Shown here piece after piece: positions 59,024-64,000 of a stretch of DNA of 64,000 bases (its first letter is position 1; every line of letters begins with the position of its first letter). The notes beneath the pieces were generated by a model that had not been told where the DNA came from, ran no database searches, and was given only the letters and a program-made list of their open reading frames with translations. The translations under genes were made by a program, and so were the position numbers. Origin of the DNA: Lachnospiraceae bacterium (GTDB taxonomy: Bacteria; Bacillota; Clostridia; Lachnospirales; Lachnospiraceae); assembly GCA_051653625.1 (NCBI GenBank), contig JBOFWM010000063.1:9799-73798 (forward strand), written 5' to 3'.

Positions 59024-60373
59024 ATGGCTAGATTATTTGGAACAGATGGTGTAAGAGGTATTGCAAATGAAGAAATAACTCCAGCACTTGCTATGAAATT
59101 AGGGCAAGCAGGAGCATATGTTTTGACAAAGGAGAAAAATCATAAACCAACAATAATGATAGGGTGTGATACGCGTATTTCAGGAGATATGTTGGCAAAT
59201 GCATTAATGGCAGGAGTGTGTAGTGTAGGTGCAAATGCAGTCTATGTAGGTGTAATACCAACACCAGCAGTTGCATATTTAACAAGAAAATATAAAGTAG
59301 ATGCAGGTGTTGTAATTTCAGCATCCCATAATCCAGTTGATTCTAATGGAATTAAATTTTTTGATGAGTTTGGATACAAATTGCCAGATGAACTTGAAGA
59401 TGAAATCGAAGAATTGATATCAAATGATATGAAGAACGTAAATTTTCCTACGGGAGTAGGAGTAGGGAAAGTAAAATATCGTACAGATGCAAGAGAAGAA
59501 TATATTAATTATGCAATACAATCTGTGCCTGTAGATTTGTCAAATTTGAAAATAGTAGTAGACTGTGCAGAAGGTGCTGCATTTTATACATCCGTTGAAG
59601 CAATTAAAGATTTAGGTGCAAATGTTATTGCAATACATAATAATCCAGATGGAACAAATATTAATGCAAACTGCGGTTCAACTCATATGGAAGAGCTACA
59701 AGGTAGAGTTTTATATGAAAAAGCAGATATTGGATTAGCGTTTGATGGAGATGCGGATCGTCTTTTAGCTGTTGATGAATGTGGAAATATTGTAGATGGC
59801 GATCAAATTATGGCAATTATCGGAAATTATATGAAAGAAAAGGGCACCTTGAAAAATGATACAATTGTTGCTACTATCATGAGCAATCTTGGATTCTTCA
59901 TAATGGGAAAAGAAAAAAACATTAAAATTGAGCAAACTAAGGTTGGAGATAGATATGTTTTAGAAAAGATGAAAGAAATCGGTGCAAATCTAGGTGGTGA
60001 ACAATCTGGACATATTATTTTTCTCGATGAAAATACTACAGGAGATGGATTGCTAAGTGCACTTCATATATTAGAGGTAATGGTTAACACAAATAAAAAA
60101 CTCTCAGAACTAACAGAAGTTATGAAAGTAATGCCACAAGCTTTAGTAAATGCAAAAGTTGCAAATCATAAAAAAGATATTTATATGGAATTTCCAGAAA
60201 TAGCAAAAAAAATTGATGAATTAAACAAGAAATATAATAATGAAGGTCGTATTTTGATTAGACCATCCGGTACAGAACCAATGGTTCGTGTAATGATTGA
60301 AGGAAAAGATAAAGAAATGATTAAAAAGGATGCTAAAGAATTAGCAGAACTTATTAAAGACATCTTGTTTTAG
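59024..60373 (+). CDS. glmM: phosphoglucosamine mutase
   Basis: LFGTDGVRG, the active-site motif SASHNP, GDADR, and GEQSGH. Confidence 0.95.
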   Translation: MARLFGTDGVRGIANEEITPALAMKLGQAGAYVLTKEKNHKPTIMIGCDTRISGDMLANALMAGVCSVGANAVYVGVIPTPAVAYLTRKYKVDAGVVISASHNPVDSNGIKFFDEFGYKLPDELEDEIEELISNDMKNVNFPTGVGVGKVKYRTDAREEYINYAIQSVPVDLSNLKIVVDCAEGAAFYTSVEAIKDLGANVIAIHNNPDGTNINANCGSTHMEELQGRVLYEKADIGLAFDGDADRLLAVDECGNIVDGDQIMAIIGNYMKEKGTLKNDTIVATIMSNLGFFIMGKEKNIKIEQTKVGDRYVLEKMKEIGANLGGEQSGHIIFLDENTTGDGLLSALHILEVMVNTNKKLSELTEVMKVMPQALVNAKVANHKKDIYMEFPEIAKKIDELNKKYNNEGRILIRPSGTEPMVRVMIEGKDKEMIKKDAKELAELIKDILF

Positions 60374-60406
60374 ATAGAAAAATAAGAAATATGGAGGAGT
60401 AGGACA

Positions 60407-60670
60407 ATGGTAAGTAAAAAAGTTGTTATAAAAAATCCGACTGGGTTACACCTTAGACCAGCTGGAATTTTATGTAAAGAAGCAATGCAATTTAAATCAC
60501 ATATTACATTTGTATTTCGCGAAACAACTGCGAATGCAAAAAGTGTCTTAAGTGTATTAGGTGCATGTATTAAATGTGGTGATGAAATAGAATTTTTTTG
60601 TGAAGGAGAAGATGAAGACATTGCATTAGAAACATTGATTCTTGCAATTGAAAATGGTCTTGGAGAATAA
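60407..60670 (+). CDS. ptsH: phosphocarrier protein HPr
   Basis: 87 aa with the His15 loop NPTGLHLRPAG and a Ser46-region NAKSVLSVLGA. Confidence 0.85.
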   Translation: MVSKKVVIKNPTGLHLRPAGILCKEAMQFKSHITFVFRETTANAKSVLSVLGACIKCGDEIEFFCEGEDEDIALETLILAIENGLGE

Positions 60671-60672
60671 TT

Positions 60673-62355
60673 ATGTTAAATTATAATAGATATAAAAAAA
60701 ATCCAGTTGTAGAAAATTTTGATCGTACATGGCCGGATAGAGAAATTGAGAAAGCACCAATTTGGTGTAGTGTAGATTTACGCGATGGAAATCAAGCATT
60801 AATAGATCCTATGGTTGTAGAGGAAAAAATTGAAATGTTTGAACATCTTGTTAAACTTGGATTTAAAGAAATTGAAATAGGATTTCCAGCAGCTAGTCAA
60901 ATTGAGTTTGATTATTTAAGACAATTGGTTGAACGAAATATGATTCCAGATGATGTATGCGTTCAAGTACTTACACAATGTAGAGAAGAATTAATTGAAC
61001 GTACTTTTGAAGCAATCGAAGGTTGCAAACAAGTTATTGTACATATTTATAATTCAACTTCCACTTTGCAAAGAGAAGTAGTGTTTGGTATGGAAAGAGA
61101 AGAAATAATTGAGATTGCCGTTAAGGGAACAAAGATGGTAAAAGAGCGAGCAAAAAATTTTGATGGAGTAATACGATTAGAGTATTCCCCAGAAAGTTTT
61201 ACAGGAACAGAACTAGATTTTGCATTAGAGATTTGTACAGCTGTTCAAAAAACATGGGAAGCAACAAAAGAAAATCCGATTATTCTTAATTTACCATCTA
61301 CTGTAGAAATGAATACTCCGAATGTATATGCGGATCAAATTGAATGGATGCATCGTCATTTTGAAAATCGTGAATCTATTATTCTGAGTATCCATCCACA
61401 TAATGATAGGGGTACTGGGGTAGCATCTGCAGAGTTAGCGATTTTGGCTGGAGCAGATCGAGTAGAAGGAACATTATTTGGCAATGGAGAAAGAACAGGA
61501 AATGTAGATATTTTAAACATTGCATATAATATGTTTTCACAAGGAATTAATCCAATGTTACATTTAGAACATGTAAATGAAAGCATTGAACTTTATGAAC
61601 GTTGTTGTAAAATACCAATTCATCCAAGACATCCATATGCAGGAAAACTTGTCTTTACTGCTTTTTCTGGGTCACATCAAGATGCGATTAATAAAGGTGT
61701 TAAAGCAATGAAGGATCGAGAAGGTTCCTACTGGCAAGTACCTTATTTACCAATTGATCCATCTGATATTGGAAGAGAGTATGAACCAATTGTACGTATC
61801 AATTCACAATCAGGAAAAGGTGGTGTTGCCTTTGTAATGGATACATATTTTGGTTTTAAATTACCAAAAGGAATGCATAAGGAGTTTGCGAACATTATAC
61901 AAAGTATTTCAGAGGCAAAAGGCGAAGTTTCTCCTGAAGAAATTATGGAAGCCTTTAGAGTTCATTATTTGAACCAAAAAGAACCAATTCATTTTAAGAA
62001 ATTAAGAATGGATGATTTGAGTGGTATTGCAACAGCTGAATTTGATACGAGAGTAACAGTACATTATACGTTGCATGGAAAAGAAAAAGTCTTTGAAGCA
62101 ACAGGAAATGGACCGATTGATGCTGTACAACGTGGATTCTTGGAGTCGTTAGGTCTAGATATTAAAATTTTAGATTATCAAGAACATGCATTACAATCTG
62201 GTTCTAATTCTCAAGCAGCAGCATATATTCATGTGCTGGATACGAAGTCAGGACGTACAACTTTTGGTGTAGGAGTGAGTTCTAATATTACAAGAGCTTC
62301 TATTCGTGGTATTTTTTCTGCAATTAATCGATTGGAATTGGGAAAAGAATTATAG
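60673..62355 (+). CDS. leuA: 2-isopropylmalate synthase (long, LeuA type 2 form)
   Basis: WPDREIEKAPIWCSVDLRDGNQAL, HPHNDRGTGVA, and a C-terminal LeuA dimerisation/regulatory domain. Confidence 0.85.
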   Translation: MLNYNRYKKNPVVENFDRTWPDREIEKAPIWCSVDLRDGNQALIDPMVVEEKIEMFEHLVKLGFKEIEIGFPAASQIEFDYLRQLVERNMIPDDVCVQVLTQCREELIERTFEAIEGCKQVIVHIYNSTSTLQREVVFGMEREEIIEIAVKGTKMVKERAKNFDGVIRLEYSPESFTGTELDFALEICTAVQKTWEATKENPIILNLPSTVEMNTPNVYADQIEWMHRHFENRESIILSIHPHNDRGTGVASAELAILAGADRVEGTLFGNGERTGNVDILNIAYNMFSQGINPMLHLEHVNESIELYERCCKIPIHPRHPYAGKLVFTAFSGSHQDAINKGVKAMKDREGSYWQVPYLPIDPSDIGREYEPIVRINSQSGKGGVAFVMDTYFGFKLPKGMHKEFANIIQSISEAKGEVSPEEIMEAFRVHYLNQKEPIHFKKLRMDDLSGIATAEFDTRVTVHYTLHGKEKVFEATGNGPIDAVQRGFLESLGLDIKILDYQEHALQSGSNSQAAAYIHVLDTKSGRTTFGVGVSSNITRASIRGIFSAINRLELGKEL

Positions 62356-62366
62356 AGAATTTAATG

Positions 62367-62396
62367 AAAAAGACGTCAAACTTCTGACGTCTTTTT
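62367..62396. terminator. terminator after leuA (also serves the convergent RpiR-family gene)
   Basis: aaaaa-gacgtca-aacttc-tgacgtc-ttttt. Confidence 0.8.
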
Positions 62397-62419
62397 CGTT
62401 ATAGAAAAGTTTAAAAGAG

Positions 62420-63277
62420 TTATTTTGGTCGTGTAATGTGAGGTTTATCAATATGTGTTCGATTGAGTTGTTCAATGAAATAATCATATTGTGTACTTGC
62501 ATAGCATACAAATAAAATGTCAACAATATTTAATTGAGAAATTCTAGAAGACATGGCGCCACTACGGAAGGTTGATTCGGAAGCGGCAATATATAAATTA
62601 TAAGTAGCAAGATCCGCAATTGCAGATGAAGCATATCTTGTAATAGCAATACTAGGTGTATTATTGGATTGTAACTCTTTTATACATGTTACCATTTCTT
62701 CTGTTTCACCAGAATATGAGAAGATGATTGCTACATCCGTATCTTTAGAATTATAGGCTTGGAGTCTTTGAGAATGATAATCGTCATTAATAATACAAGC
62801 TTTATTTAATCTTAAAAATTTCAAATAAAAATCTTTTGCAACACAGAGAGATGCACCAATTCCAAATAGTAAAATGCGATTTGACTTACTTAATAAATCA
62901 ACACATTTATGAATAGTTTGCGGATCTAAAAGATTTTTTGTATCTTCTAAACATACAATATTTTTATATGTTGTTTTTTCAATAATCTGTTCAATACTAT
63001 CTTCGCGTGCTATTTCAGCACGCTCTTTTTCTAATGTTTGTTCACGTAATGCAAGTTCATAAATCATAGAACGTCTAAAATCTTTGTATCCTGAAAAACC
63101 AATACGTTTACACATACGAATGATAGTAGAAGGAGAAGAAAATGTTTTAGTTGCTAATTGATAAATGGATAAATCCATAATAGATGCAGGAAATTGTAAT
63201 AAATATTCAATAATTAGTTTTTCTGTCATACTTGCAGTACTTTTGCTTTCTCTTAATCGTATTAATGCACTATGCAT
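62420..63277 (-). CDS. murR: RpiR/MurR-family transcriptional regulator (HTH + SIS domain)
   Basis: HTH_6 region (IMDLSIYQLATKTFSSPSTIIRMCKRIGFSGYKDF) and a SIS domain (ILLFGIGAS). It is divergent from murQ. ATG 63277 is preceded by aaggag at 6 nt, and the longer ORF-track N-terminus is unlikely. Confidence 0.8.
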   Translation of the reverse strand: MHSALIRLRESKSTASMTEKLIIEYLLQFPASIMDLSIYQLATKTFSSPSTIIRMCKRIGFSGYKDFRRSMIYELALREQTLEKERAEIAREDSIEQIIEKTTYKNIVCLEDTKNLLDPQTIHKCVDLLSKSNRILLFGIGASLCVAKDFYLKFLRLNKACIINDDYHSQRLQAYNSKDTDVAIIFSYSGETEEMVTCIKELQSNNTPSIAITRYASSAIADLATYNLYIAASESTFRSGAMSSRISQLNIVDILFVCYASTQYDYFIEQLNRTHIDKPHITRPK

Positions 63278-63446
63278 AAGATTCTCCTTTTTCATCGTTC
63301 TTTGTTTATGATACGAATATGCAATGTATTTGTCAATGATATGAAAACAGAAAAAAGAAATATATATCATAAAGTGTCAGAATTTTCGTTTTATATATGT
63401 AAAAAAAACAAAATATAAAACAAAGTTTCATACATATATGAATTCG

Positions 63447-63475
63447 TTGACACAAAGTGTTAGAAAAATTATCAT
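63447..63475 (+). promoter_or_regulatory. sigma-A-type promoter of murQ
   Basis: TTGACA, a 17-nt spacer, then TATCAT. It lies 33 nt upstream of ATG 63508. Confidence 0.55.
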
Positions 63476-63507
63476 TAACATATAATTAGAAGGAAGGTGG
63501 TGTAAAA

Positions 63508-64000
63508 ATGTTAGATTTACAAAAAATGACAACTGAAACACGTAATCAAAACACATTAAATTTAGATACCATGACACCTTTAGAAGTAATAAGTGCTATG
63601 AATAAAGAAGATGCAATTGTTCCTAAAGTAATTGAGGGAATATTACCACAAATTGCAACATTAGTTGAATGGGTAATCGAAGGTTTTTTGAAAGGAGGAA
63701 GATTAATTTATATAGGTGCTGGTACAAGTGGGCGCCTTGGTGTATTGGACGCAGCGGAATGTCCGCCAACATTTGGAGTACCTTCAACTATGGTAGTAGG
63801 ATTGATTGCAGGAGGAGAACGTGCATTTATTCAAGCGGTTGAGGGGGCCGAAGACAATAAAGAGTTGGGAAAACAAGATTTGATTAATATTAAATTGACC
63901 CAAAATGATGTTGTAGTTGGAATCGCAGCAAGTGGAAGAACGCCGTATGTATTAGGTGCATTAGAATATGCAAATAATTTAGGGGTACATACAGCAGCAA
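63508..64000 (+). CDS. murQ: N-acetylmuramic acid 6-phosphate etherase, 3'-truncated by the window edge
   Basis: Hand translation gives [35 protein letters not shown]...[28 protein letters not shown]...[11 protein letters not shown], the MurQ SIS-domain signature. RBS aggaaggtgg. It is not in the ORF track because no stop codon falls within the window. Confidence 0.9.
   Translation, partial: MLDLQKMTTETRNQNTLNLDTMTPLEVISAMNKEDAIVPKVIEGILPQIATLVEWVIEGFLKGGRLIYIGAGTSGRLGVLDAAECPPTFGVPSTMVVGLIAGGERAFIQAVEGAEDNKELGKQDLINIKLTQNDVVVGIAASGRTPYVLGALEYANNLGVHTAA

Noticed and set aside
1-64000. A search for CRISPR arrays, tandem repeats, IS elements, integrases, tRNA or rRNA genes, and defence or toxin-antitoxin modules
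   Set aside because: None was recognised by eye on either strand. Gene content and synteny are those of a conserved chromosomal core. Short repeats seen are terminator stems or the items listed above. A computational repeat scan, tRNAscan and an Rfam scan would be needed to be certain.

Overview
Low-GC (about 30% by eye) Firmicutes/Clostridia-type chromosomal core region, with roughly 85% of genes on the + strand. I saw no rRNA, tRNA, CRISPR array, transposase, integrase or prophage signature. Gene content in order: RND permease end and TetR regulator; PLC-like protein, MFS transporter and a Dus-family enzyme; a divergent pair of small paralogous ORFs; the origin-proximal block DUF951-rpsF-ssb-rpsR-gdpP-rplI-dnaB; a MerR regulator; a minus-strand pyruvate formate-lyase (PFL) locus with pflA and a ferredoxin gene missed by the ORF track; a DUF1858 protein; mecA; a 567-bp non-coding region; an SH3+GH18 hydrolase and a CwlD-like amidase; prmA-rsmE, cysteine desulfurase-thiI and mtaB; ireB-ruvX-DUF1292-RNase J-YlbF-like-short MltG-like-O-methyltransferase-U32 peptidase; type III glutamine synthetase behind a terminator-containing leader; acyl-ACP thioesterase, CvfB-like protein, CPBP protease and a YjfB-like protein; a PucR regulator with ftsEX, an M23 peptidase and a Ctp protease; a transglutaminase-like protein; uvrBA; mreB/mbl with two rod-protein genes; recD2-comFC-yvyF-like; two unknown membrane proteins followed by cdaA-cdaR-glmM; ptsH-leuA; and divergent murR/murQ. 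The most unusual locus is the PFL locus at 12157-14693. The catalytic core (679 aa) lacks the glycyl-radical domain, which is encoded as a separate 80-aa ORF. Between the two sits a 70-72 aa ORF that duplicates the N-terminal part of the radical domain but replaces the RVSGY loop with a His/Cys-rich tail. Other points worth a second look are the small-protein paralog pair at 4009-4870, the promoter plus roughly 345-nt leader at 15874-16440, the attenuator upstream of glnN, a Crh-like HPr paralog, a truncated MltG-like gene, and the two membrane proteins upstream of cdaA. Several ORF-track starts were moved to better RBS-supported start codons. All homology calls come from reading motifs by eye, not from database searches.
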